A DNA stretch of 64,000 bases, from the NCBI GenBank assembly GCA_021613535.1, contig CP075492.1, forward strand, positions 15,438,001 through 15,502,000, given 5' to 3'. Shown one piece after another: positions 13,245 through 23,633 of this stretch. The position numbers and the translations under genes are program-made. The DNA comes from Adineta vaga (taxonomy: Eukaryota; Animalia; Rotifera). The notes beneath the pieces are model-generated. The model saw nothing but the letters and a program-made list of their open reading frames with translations. It had not been told where the DNA came from and ran no database searches. The stretch's first letter is position 1. Each line of letters begins with the position of its first letter.

Positions 13245-13819
13245 ATATATATAAAGAAGAAAGTTTATCTGTCTGTCTGTTCGCTATGCATTCAGTCGCT
13301 GTAATAGACACGATCACCAAACTTTCTACTATGCTTCCTTAGGTCCCAGGAAAGGTCGACATGGGGGTTCAAATTGTCATCAGGGGGTGAGGGTGGGGAG
13401 CGTGGGTGAAATTTCACCCAGGCAGTTCAATGATAGCTAACATTCCCAAACTTTCCACAATGCTTCTCTAGGCCCACGAGAAGGTTGACATTTACTTTGT
13501 TTGAAAAAAAAAACTGAATTCTACGCTTCCTACGGGCAATCTATGAAACTGACCAATAGGATTGCAGCATTTCAAAAACTTTAAATAATTGATAGCGAAG
13601 GCCGTCTGAGCGCACATCTACGATAATTTACACGTTCCGTATCAAAATATATTGATTTGAGGGTGGGAATCGGTGTCTGGGTGAAATTTCACTCAAGTCG
13701 TATTGAATTTCAATTGTGGTTATTTTGGTAGAAACTTACAGAATGTGCTGCAGTTTGAGGTTTTTTTATTTGATACTATTTATTTCTTGTAATAAATGTG
13801 ACAATCAAAGGTTCTTTAA
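13245..13819 (+). mobile_element. Non-autonomous Helitron-like element, copy 1 (no 3' end recognised)
   Basis: 5' ATATATATAAAGAAGAAAGTTT followed by TCTG repeats. About 170 bp are similar to copy 2. Internal repeats CCAAACTTT...GACAT and GGGTGAAATTTCAC. Confidence 0.55.
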
Positions 13820-13867
13820 TCTATATCTATCTATCTATCTATCTATATAATCTTCTATATATATATA
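13820..13867. repeat. (TCTA)n/(TA)n microsatellite at the junction of the two Helitron-like copies
   Basis: ctatatctatctatctatctatctatataatcttctatatatatata read directly from the sequence. Confidence 0.8.
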
Positions 13868-14585
13868 AAGAAGAAAGTTTGTTCGTTATGCGTACGTTCC
13901 CTGGAACAGCTAACGTCACCAAACTTTCCACAATGCCTCCCTCGATCTAGAGGAAGGTGGACAAGGGGTTGGAATGGCCATCAAGGGACGGGGGTGGCGG
14001 CGTGTGTGAAATTTCGCTCTCAAGATGGCATATAGGAATGAGGGCGTGTGTGGGTGTCTGCATCTAGGATAGACAACTACAAAGCGTGGGTTGGGTTCTC
14101 AAAAAAACTGAATCTAGAGTGAAATGACTATTCTACCTGTATAGAGTAGAAGTGAAGTTTATAAAGTAGAGAATGACTTGCGGCGCGACAGTAGGTGTAG
14201 AATGGGACTGGAGTTGCAGCGGGACAGTAGTAGTGGATTTAAAAGGAAAAGAGCTGTATATCGTATGCATAGCGAGACAAGATCAGTAGGAAAGAACGAA
14301 TGAAGAGATGCGAAGTTTTGAAAAAAAGACCTGGTGCATGACGCGAAAAGGGATATAGGAAGGATCTCAGTACGGAGGACAAAGACGTGTGGAAGACAGG
14401 TAACGTACGCTGAGTGACGAGCTGAAAGATAACACTAACTAAGTCAGGGCGGAAAAGGAGGGTGTGAGGATTTTTTGATACACGACGGATAAATACGAAC
14501 GGAGAGGTCCTTTGGTGATAAGAAAAGCACTGCTGTAGATAAAAAACTTAAATTGTGTCGTGTTTGCAGTGGGTATCTCCGCTAG
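13854..14585 (+). mobile_element. Non-autonomous Helitron-like element, copy 2
   Basis: 5' TCTATATATATATAAAGAAGAAAG. The 3' end is ...GGGTATCTCCGCTAG followed by T, giving the TC...CTRR termini typical of Helitrons. The subterminal hairpin is degenerate. Confidence 0.6.
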
Positions 14586-15387
14586 TACGATATAAATATT
14601 TCCAGTGATCATACGACTTTTATAAAGCTGTTAGTAAACGAAACATATTAGACTAAATGAAAAGATTTTTCATCACCGATTAGATAAACTATCATGTTTG
14701 ATATTGATTTGAACATTCCCAGATGGTTCAGCGGAACTAGTAGACTGCAATCATAAGGTAAGAAGTTCGAATTTAACTAGAAAAAATGAAATAAAATAGA
14801 CATGGTATTTAATTAATCGACCGAGGTGTTAGATAACCGTGTTAAGATGGTAGAAAGATTGCAAAGATAGAATAGATGTCAGAAACAATATACCATTATG
14901 ATGGTGAATTATTTTTCTTTGAAATCGTTAATAACTGCGGTTTAAAAATACCGCGATCTCAGGCGGTGTGAAAATACATAATAAAAGGTCTGACTTTCGC
15001 GGTGCGGTTAAACCGCTAAGATGAATGTTTTTCTGCACCGTAATTTACCGCAGTTCCGATCGAAAAAATTTTTCGTGGGAAGTATTCAACAGGAGAGAAT
15101 ACAATGAGAAAGTTTGCATTAGTGTTAACGAAATACAAATACATGTTCTTTCTTCTCTTTCCTTTTCATATGATATTATATATAAGTTGATTTCTTTACA
15201 TTAAGACAGAATTTTTTCTTTGAGAATAAAATGTTCGTTTAAAAGAGAGTCAACACAGGCTTCATATTTTGACAGAGAACGAAAAGAAGTGTAAGGTAAT
15301 TCTTTGTTTTCTTATATTTGCTACACAGTAAAGTGACATGTAAGATTTGAAAAATTTGTGGTTGATTTAGATTGAAATATGAAATAA

Positions 15388-17358
15388 ATGAATCGATTGT
15401 ATACTCGTGTTCAAGGTCTTGAATCGTCTGGACAATGTATTGTCAGTCTTGATTTAACTCAACAAGATTTTCAATCAAACCCTCGATTATCGTATTACGC
15501 CAAACATCAATTTATTGATGTCGATGATTTTATCGATTTTATTTCTACATTTAATCAACAAATAATTATGATTATTTCTGATTTAATAGCTGATATTACT
15601 TGCAATCTTCTTCGTCCAATGTTTCCACAAATTATTCGACTAATTATCGTTGGAAAACGAACATTTCCATATGAAAATGTCGAATATTTTCCCGATGTTC
15701 AATCATTAGTTAATCATCTCTCATTTAATATACGTGATCGACGTCGTCTCTACATAACATTTGATTCGTGGCCTATTGAACGAACATCATATGATCTTAA
15801 TAAACACACGACCAAATATCTTTGGTATAGTTATTTTTATTACATTCTTTCACGTTTAAAACATACAAATATAGCTCGAGAAGAAATGTTAACAAGTGTC
15901 AAAGCTTTTTACACGAAACAAACTGAAATCGTTCAAAGATCATGCATGGAATTTGAACAATCGTATAATTCCAGTGAGATTATTAAATGGTATACACGAG
16001 AATCATTTTTCTATCTTCTATTAAATCGAACATTACGATCCGAAGATATTAATCACATCTTTGCTATGCGTTATGTTATCGCTGATTTGGAAAATTATAT
16101 ACACAAAAATCGAGATAAAAATCATTCGATTACCACTGTCTATCGTGGTCAACAGATGCATTTAGTTGAAATACAAGAAATTGAAACAAATATTGGTGGT
16201 CTTCTTGGTTTAACAGCATTTTGGTCGACTACGTTTACGAAACAAACAGCTTTTGATTTTACTGTCATTTGGCCACCACATCGAACAGATGTCGTTGAAA
16301 AAGTTCTATTTTCTATTGATATTCCTTATCGTGTTCAGGGTATTTATGCCGATTTGTCACAATATAGTTGTATCAATCACGAGCTCGAAGTTTTATTTTC
16401 GTTTCGTTCAATGTTTCGTATTGAACGAGTAAAGCGACCTGCAAATGATAAATTCTGGTTTATTGATTTGACTTTAATTGATGAAAATGATGAACAATTT
16501 GTATCTATTATGAATCCATGGTATTCATCAACAAAGGAAATTCTTGATCATCGATCTTTCTTTACAGTACGAAATGAAACACCGAATAAGAATTTTTTTC
16601 GCCATTTAACACTAGAAAATGGATCATTTTTAGCTTTTCAGTTATTAATCGATATGATGTTACGATTAGATCAAAATGATTTTGCTCGTCAGGAACTTCT
16701 CGAAGTTTGTCGTGAATTTTATGCTGACAATGAAATAGAATTGAAGAAGATTGATCATTTTGCTCGAACCTATGATCCTCAAGATGCAATTAAATGGTAT
16801 ACAACTAATTGTTTTCTTTATCGATTAATGAATTCTTCGTTAAGAATTGAAAGTGTTGATCGAATTTTTAAATTACGTTACTTTATACATGATCTTCATA
16901 ATCAACTTGCTCAAATACAAATGGAATTTCTTCGTCTTTTACCATCAAATCAGAAAATTTTAAAACTTTATCGTGGTTTAAGAATGGAATCACATGCGTT
17001 ACATGAATTGCAACGTCATCAAAACGATCTTGTTTCAACAAATACATTTCTTTCTACAACACATGATTATGAAGCTGCCCTTTCATTTTCTGGCGATGGA
17101 AATGTTGAAGAAAATGATGTGTCAGTTATTTATCTTATCACTATCGATACAACAGTTGAGCATTCGACACCATTTGCTAAAATTGATTACCATAGTATTT
17201 TCAAAGATGAAGATGAAATTTTGTTTTCGATAGGTGCAGTTTTTCGTGTTGGTGAAACGAAACAATTAAGAGATCGTTTATGGACAGTTGATTTAACATT
17301 AACATCAACAGAAGATAAACAATGGAAAGATTTGACATCGCATTTACATTCGAACTAA
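15388..17358 (+). CDS. Protein with two tandem helical + ADP-ribosyltransferase (R-S-E class) modules and no TPRs
   Basis: Module 1: WYT, VYRGQ, FWSTT, HELEVLF. Module 2: WYT, LYRGL, FLSTT, DEDEILF. Single exon, with AATAAA downstream. Confidence 0.8.
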   Translation: MNRLYTRVQGLESSGQCIVSLDLTQQDFQSNPRLSYYAKHQFIDVDDFIDFISTFNQQIIMIISDLIADITCNLLRPMFPQIIRLIIVGKRTFPYENVEYFPDVQSLVNHLSFNIRDRRRLYITFDSWPIERTSYDLNKHTTKYLWYSYFYYILSRLKHTNIAREEMLTSVKAFYTKQTEIVQRSCMEFEQSYNSSEIIKWYTRESFFYLLLNRTLRSEDINHIFAMRYVIADLENYIHKNRDKNHSITTVYRGQQMHLVEIQEIETNIGGLLGLTAFWSTTFTKQTAFDFTVIWPPHRTDVVEKVLFSIDIPYRVQGIYADLSQYSCINHELEVLFSFRSMFRIERVKRPANDKFWFIDLTLIDENDEQFVSIMNPWYSSTKEILDHRSFFTVRNETPNKNFFRHLTLENGSFLAFQLLIDMMLRLDQNDFARQELLEVCREFYADNEIELKKIDHFARTYDPQDAIKWYTTNCFLYRLMNSSLRIESVDRIFKLRYFIHDLHNQLAQIQMEFLRLLPSNQKILKLYRGLRMESHALHELQRHQNDLVSTNTFLSTTHDYEAALSFSGDGNVEENDVSVIYLITIDTTVEHSTPFAKIDYHSIFKDEDEILFSIGAVFRVGETKQLRDRLWTVDLTLTSTEDKQWKDLTSHLHSN

Positions 17359-18205
17359 ATCATCATTTATAGAGTGCTATAGATTTCTATTTCATTAATA
17401 TAAATAAATATTTGTTTTCGGTTGATTAGAGAATGTTACTTTCATTTATACTTCTTTTTGCTTTTGTTGAGTCAACCGATGATTGTTTATGTATATGATA
17501 CCATCATCATTTAGTGATGATTTTGATTGAACAGCAATTATTTTTATTGGACGTGTAACTTCGACAAGTGTGACATCATCAAATTCTCATTTATGGCTTA
17601 TCAAAGTTAGTAAGCAAATAAATTTAATTTTAGTATCGAAAATAATTTCGTATTACTCAGTGTTTAAAAGTTTCTCGAAAACTTGCTGACAACATCATGT
17701 AATTGAAATATAAATATTGTATGAGATTGATTATTTAGTGATTTTTTGTATCTGATATAAAGCATGAATTGTTCTTTTTTTTTACTCAGTAGGTTTAAAC
17801 GATGTTTTTCATCTAATTGACAAACGATGGGTGTGATATCACTCACGTTTATTTTGTGTGCGTGTGTGTGTGTAAATTTTTATGTGTCGATAGCAGCCTT
17901 TCGGAGATAGGAAGAACATGCTACATTTCTTTGATAAAAAATTATTTGTCATGATTTACCTTTGCATGTACTAATATCATGAACAAAAACAATATACACA
18001 TCGTTTTAATGATTTCCGACGATTAAGATAAGTCACAACTTTGTCATCGTCTCGATCAGAAGCTAGACGTGGATATGATTTTTTCTCTAATTATAAAAAA
18101 ATTATTCATTTCCGCTCAAGGGCGTTGTCACTGTGCTAGTTTTTCCTAGGAAGAAGTAAAGCATATAAATACGTACACTTCAAAGTAATGTTTACATACT
18201 AATCG

Positions 18206-19678
18206 ATGAATCAAATTACAATGTTATTTGTGATCATTGCAGCGATTAGTCTTACTCTTTCAAATGGTGCTGTTGTTCGTAAGGTCGTTTTACAGCCACA
18301 GATCGATGATCTTCTTTCCCAATTACAATCGACACCAATGGATGCAATTCTTTATTGGAATTTGGTTACACTTCAAAGCTGTGCTAACGACTACGACCCT
18401 TCTGTCGCTGTTGTTCCCGATCAACCAGGACCAACGGCCACATCACGTGCTTTTGCTATTATTCACGGCGCTATGTACGATGCTATGGCGACTTTTAATT
18501 TGGCTTATAAATTGTTGTCCAAACCAGGTAATATGCCTACTACAAATGATGTTACAAAGGAATTAGCTACTGATGCAGCGATCATGCAAGCTGCTTATCG
18601 AACGCTGTATGAAATGTATCCGAAACAACGACCAATCTTCGATGCTATTCGTACTGAATATCTAAAACTGTTGAAAACTGATGGAGCCAAAAAAAATGGA
18701 ATTAACAAAGGTATTCTCGTCGGTGATTTGATTGCGTCATTTATTTTGACCAATCGACAACAGGATGGTAGTCAAGTTTCCGGTTCCTATACGCCAAAAA
18801 TGGTTTCAGGCTATCATCAAGTAGATCCAACTCATCCGACGCAAGGCTTCTTAGGAGTCAATTGGGGTAATGTTAAACCATTTCTATTAAATAGTGCATC
18901 ACAATATTTACCATCGAATATTGTTGGTTCAACACGAACATCTCGTCTCGTTTATCTCAATTCGACTAAATATGTTACTGATTTTAGTGAAGTTAAATCT
19001 CTTGGATCAAAATCCAGTAGTATTCGAACAAAAGAACAGACTGAAATCGGTATTACATGGGCTTATGATGGAGCACCAAAGATAGGTGTTCCACCACGTC
19101 TTTACAATCAAGTTGTACGAGTTATTGCCAAACAAAAGAATAATACTGTATCAGAAAATGCACGATTATTTGCATTAGTAAATTATGCACTGGCTGATGC
19201 TGGAATTGCCTGTTGGCAAGCCAAGTATTATTATGAATTATGGCGACCTATTGTCGGTATTCGTCTAGCATCTGGTATGCGTACAATTGCTGATCCATCT
19301 TGGTTACCATTGGGAGCGCCATCCGACAATTCCGGTACTGATTTTACTCCTGGATTTCCATCATATGTTTCTGGTCATTCGACGTTTGGTTCTGCATGTT
19401 TTGAAACACTTCGTCAATTTTATCAAACAGATAATATCAAGTTCAAATTTCAATCGGATGAATACAATGGCAAAACGATTGACTCAAATACAGGACAAAT
19501 ACGACCAGCTAAAACTCGTAAATATCAATCTTTTACAGAAGCTGAAACAGAAAATTTTCTTAGCCGTATATATCTTGGTGTTCATTGGCGAATCGATCAG
19601 GAAGAAGGACAAATATTAGGACGAAAAGTAGCACAATTCGGATTTAGCAAAATGAGTTTAACAAAGCTCATTAATTAA
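18206..19678 (+). CDS. Secreted vanadium-dependent haloperoxidase (chloroperoxidase-like, PAP2 superfamily), probably horizontally acquired
   Basis: N-terminal signal peptide. Vanadate-binding motifs KYYYELWRP, PSYVSGH and SRIYLGVHW. WAYDG..IGVPPRLYNQ resembles fungal and bacterial vanadium chloroperoxidases. Intronless. Confidence 0.88.
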   Translation: MNQITMLFVIIAAISLTLSNGAVVRKVVLQPQIDDLLSQLQSTPMDAILYWNLVTLQSCANDYDPSVAVVPDQPGPTATSRAFAIIHGAMYDAMATFNLAYKLLSKPGNMPTTNDVTKELATDAAIMQAAYRTLYEMYPKQRPIFDAIRTEYLKLLKTDGAKKNGINKGILVGDLIASFILTNRQQDGSQVSGSYTPKMVSGYHQVDPTHPTQGFLGVNWGNVKPFLLNSASQYLPSNIVGSTRTSRLVYLNSTKYVTDFSEVKSLGSKSSSIRTKEQTEIGITWAYDGAPKIGVPPRLYNQVVRVIAKQKNNTVSENARLFALVNYALADAGIACWQAKYYYELWRPIVGIRLASGMRTIADPSWLPLGAPSDNSGTDFTPGFPSYVSGHSTFGSACFETLRQFYQTDNIKFKFQSDEYNGKTIDSNTGQIRPAKTRKYQSFTEAETENFLSRIYLGVHWRIDQEEGQILGRKVAQFGFSKMSLTKLIN

Positions 19679-20048
19679 TAAAAAAAATATCTTTTTTTCT
19701 AAAGCTTTTTTGAAATAAAATAAACAAGAAATAAGTTAGAACTTTTTATATACAATCGACTCATATCAATTTTTTATCCCATAGTCTTGATTATTGTAAA
19801 ACTGGATATTTTCAATTAGACTAAATAAATCGGGTATCTATTTATTCATAAAACTAGTTTTCTTTTACCAATAGACTCGTCTTTCATACAAAATATAAGA
19901 TCTAATTCACTCACTTTTTCTTTTAGCCAACTAGAACAATCTTCAGATTTTTTGAATAACAATCCAGATATATTCTTGCATGAATATTTAGTTAAACAAA
20001 ATTGTCTAGTATCATCGTCACAGTATTAAACGATACATATGAGTCTTT

Positions 20049-20094
20049 AAGGGTGAATGTGAATACAAGAGACCTATGCATCCACACCACACCC
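20049..20094 (+). repeat. Dispersed short hairpin repeat (GGGTGTGG...CCACACCC family), degenerate copy
   Basis: aagggtgaatgtg...catccacaccacaccc, similar to the copies at 21901 and 23520. Confidence 0.35.
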
Positions 20095-20290
20095 TGTATT
20101 ACTATATTCATATGATTGCATCGTAAGAACAAGAAAGAAGTTTAGTTAAAATGGATAAAAAAGGTCTTCTTAGATTTATTTGCGCGATTAATTTACATTG
20201 TTTGTTTCTTTAAAAACGATGAATTTTCTTCGACACAAAAGCATAGATATCTGAAGAACATATATCGAAAAATCTGATATGAATATCGGA

Positions 20291-21458
20291 TTATTGCGAA
20301 TATTTTTTGCAGATTTCATCAAGATTCTCCATGAGTCGTTCATCATCTTCGACACTTGATTTTGTCCATGCCAGTGGCAAATGTTTCGAAACAACAGTTC
20401 GATCTTGAAAAAATTCACCATTTGCATAGCGATTAGCAATATCTTTCAAACAACAAAGCCACACAAGTGTATCTGCACCTTGTTCAGGTGTTCGAAGTCG
20501 ACTTTGCATTTTCGAATAAAAAGATGGCATTGCCGAACGCACAGCCGGTGTATCTACCCAACCTGAAAAAGATTCAATGAAATGACTAGTTTTCGACAAT
20601 ACTATACCTGGATGCCAGCTAGCGAAGAAAATTGATGGATATCGTTGTGCAAATCGTTCCATCATCACAACTTGTTGTCGTTTATTTTGTGAATAGACGA
20701 GATCACCGCTGAATGAACTCATTTTTGTTGAATTCAAGTCATCAGAATCCAATCGACACATATACATGCCTATTTGTAACAAGAAATTTCCTCGAATTTA
20801 AAGAAAATTCTTTCTTCTCACCTCCTGAACTTGTTGTAAACACACAAGCAGGTTGCTTGTTCATAAGTACTGGAATGAGATTGCTTGTTAAAATATAAGT
20901 TCCTAATGTATTTGTCGCAAAATTAACTTCATATTCATTGTCAACCAATTGACGTTCATTGATCATACATCCAGCATTGTTACATAGAATCTTAAAATAA
21001 TCAATTAAATTCTTTTTCATTCATTTGAAAAATGTCTTACATTGAGTGGTTTCTTTGATTGAACAAATTCTTTCGCAAATTTCAAAACATCTTTCGGTTG
21101 TGATAAATCACAAATATGTAAATCAACATTACGATTGTTTGATTTTTGTATAATTTCTTCTTGAGCTTCTCTACCTCGCGTTTCATCTCGACAAACCATA
21201 TAAACATGAGCTTGTCGTTTGGCACATTCGAGTGCAGTTACTTTTCCAATACCCTAAAAAGAATCGTGTTACTTTTTGCACTTGTTTTATCTTCGCAAAA
21301 AAACATACCGAATTTGCTCCAGTAATCATTACATGTGTACCAGTTAAATCGACCTCAGTATCGACTTGATTGAATTGTTTAGCAGCCGATTCAAAACCAG
21401 ATCGGGTATATTCCATTAGACCTTTAACTCCAAAAACCGCAGTACGATAAAATGACAT
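20291..21458 (-). CDS. DHRS12: Dehydrogenase/reductase SDR family member 12 (multi-exon)
   Basis: MSFYRTAVFGVKGLMEYTRSGFE N-terminus, ITGANS|GIG, NNAGCM, YSQNKRQQV, HPGWVDTPAV, RTPEQGADT, HLPLAWT. Several short introns. Confidence 0.88.
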
Positions 21459-21900
21459 TGTGAAAATAATAATCTAAAGAATATATTATCGAAATTAAAT
21501 GTATTTCATTCGGATCTGTACTTACATTTAAATGAGAATTACAGCGATGTACTGTATGGCATATATATTACAACATTGTTTTTTCTTCGTTATGTAACAG
21601 CATGATAAACAAAGGAACGCAAAAGTTTCATTGCGTTCTGTCGTTTTCTCCGCTTTGTATAGGCGAACAGAAGAAAAGAAAAATGTATGGTTACTTTTAT
21701 CGTCGCTTCATTCTCTTCGACATAAACATTAGAAAAAAAAGAATGGATGGAGGACACTTTGCTTTGTATCGATGGAAAATCTTTTGCATGAGTTTTTTGT
21801 AGATTATCGATAGCAATATTTGAGAAAATTTTCAAACTGTTGCATTAGCCATTCAGTCTATATGTATATGTAAATTTGCATATTATCGTCTTGAGAGTGT

Positions 21901-21990
21901 GAGTGTGGATGTAGGTATGGGTGAAGAGAAAAACGAGACTCACATCCACCCTCAAATTTTTGAAATGATGATTTTTGTTGTTGTGACAAA
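21901..21990 (+). repeat. Dispersed short hairpin repeat (MITE-like remnant)
   Basis: gagtgtggatgt pairs with acatccaccctc. The tail TTGAAA..TTTTTG.TG..GACAA is shared with the copy at 23520. Confidence 0.5.
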
Positions 21991-22264
21991 TTATCTAACG
22001 TAAAAATGAAATACTACATTCATTTTGAAAAGAAAACTTTGTTTATTAACATTAGTTATTTCGGAGAGAAATATAAATGATATTATCTTACAATTATATT
22101 AGCCTTGAAAATGGATTACATACTTATTCTTCTGTGGATGACACTCTCATTCATATACCACAATGAAAAGAAACGTCTTTCTCGCTGTCATATCTTTGTA
22201 TCTGTATTGATGAATTTCTTTTCTTAAAGTAAACATAAGATTTTACAAATAAAATCGGATTGTT

Positions 22265-23345
22265 TTATGAAGACTGAATCAAACGGAGTCGACATCCTTT
22301 AATAATCGTAAGAAATTTCCATGGTAAAGGACATGATTGAAGATTAATGTGAAGTTCTTGATACCATTGATTTCGTTTATTTTCCAAATGAATTAATCGA
22401 TGTTGACAATCAATTGTTAATCTAACACAATCACCTTTACCCCATTTTCTTTCTTCAGATTGACCAGATCTTTTCCCACTATTAACAAGATATCCACTTG
22501 ACCATACACCATAAACAGAATTCATTTGATCAACAAATAGTTTCAAAACTTGTTTGGAAGTCATTAAACCAAGAAAACATGTCCAACCTACGATTGAAAA
22601 CAAAAGTCATTTATATTCAAATCTCAATGATGATATTCAATAGCTAACCAGTCATGAAAACATCTTCGATTTGAAATTGTAAAGAATGTTTTCCATTGAA
22701 ATATGAATTTGATCCGGAAATAATCGAACGCATTTCAATATAACTTTCAACAAAAAGATTATTTTCAAAAACTTGACCATTTCCAAGGATTTGATCGAAT
22801 CGATCGTTTTCCAACTCAATTTTTATTCTTTTATTTGTTTGTTCATCTTCAACTGAAAGGTTTTTATTTTTTTGTTCTATTTTAATCAATGAAATTTGTT
22901 CAAAATCTTCAATTTGAATATGAAAATGTTCTTGATTCTCTGATTGAAGATCGTTTAATCGATGTTTCCATTGTTTAATTTCAATTTCAGAGAAATTTTT
23001 CATTTCTTCTTTTTCTCGAATTTCTGCACTAATTTCATCGATGGACGTACTGAAATACTCCTTCGATTGTTGAATTAATTTTTCAAGATCAGCTTTGGCT
23101 AAATCAGTATTATTTTGAATCTTTTCGATAGATTCCTTTTTCCATTGTTCAATTCGATCAAAATATTCTTGATAGTGATCATCATCTTTCCATGTTTCTT
23201 TCAAATTTTGATGAGTCTTTTTCAAATCATTCATTTGCTCATCGATTGAATGTTGATGATCAGTCAAATGTATTAAACAAAAGATTTGTTTACATCCATT
23301 GCATGTTACTTGCCGTGCATTGAGATTCCCTCATGTAATACACAT
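22265..23345 (-). pseudogene. B-box-like zinc finger + coiled-coil + SPRY/B30.2-like protein with an in-frame TGA at codon 5
   Basis: From ATG 23345 the frame reads MCIT*GNLNARQVTCNGCKQIFCLIHLTDHQ into ORF 22644-23267. One intron (gttagc...tcgtag) joins it to ORF 22265-22603 (GDCVRLTIDC..LPW). Confidence 0.6.
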
Positions 23346-23519
23346 TTTCGAATCGAATAACTTATGCGCGCTTGAAGATCAAATGTGACTTTTATCTAAT
23401 TAATCATATCGTGTCGATAATGAAACAGAAGAGAAACAGCGAATCATCAACGTAAAATTAATCATTGTTAATAAAAAAAAAAGATGAAAATGTTGTCTTT
23501 TATCTATTTATTGTTATTA

Positions 23520-23595
23520 AGGGTGTGGATGAGAAACTGGGAAATACCCATACCCTCGATACTTGAAAAAAGAGGTTTTTGCTGCAACAGACAAT
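23520..23595 (+). repeat. Dispersed short hairpin repeat (MITE-like remnant)
   Basis: agggtgtgg...ccataccct stem; same orientation and tail as the copy at 21901. Confidence 0.5.
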
Positions 23596-23633
23596 GAATA
23601 ATAGAAATTTAATTACCAAAGATATTTCGATTT

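Larger units (their letters stand above)
11187..15079. mobile_element. Non-autonomous CMC (CACTA/EnSpm-like) DNA transposon of about 3.9 kb with nested insertions
   Basis: Termini CCCACGAAAA (11187) and TTTTCGTGGG (15079). 2-bp AA target duplication at 11185-11186 and 15080-15081. Dense subterminal GCGG/CCGC motifs at both ends. No transposase ORF. Confidence 0.75.
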
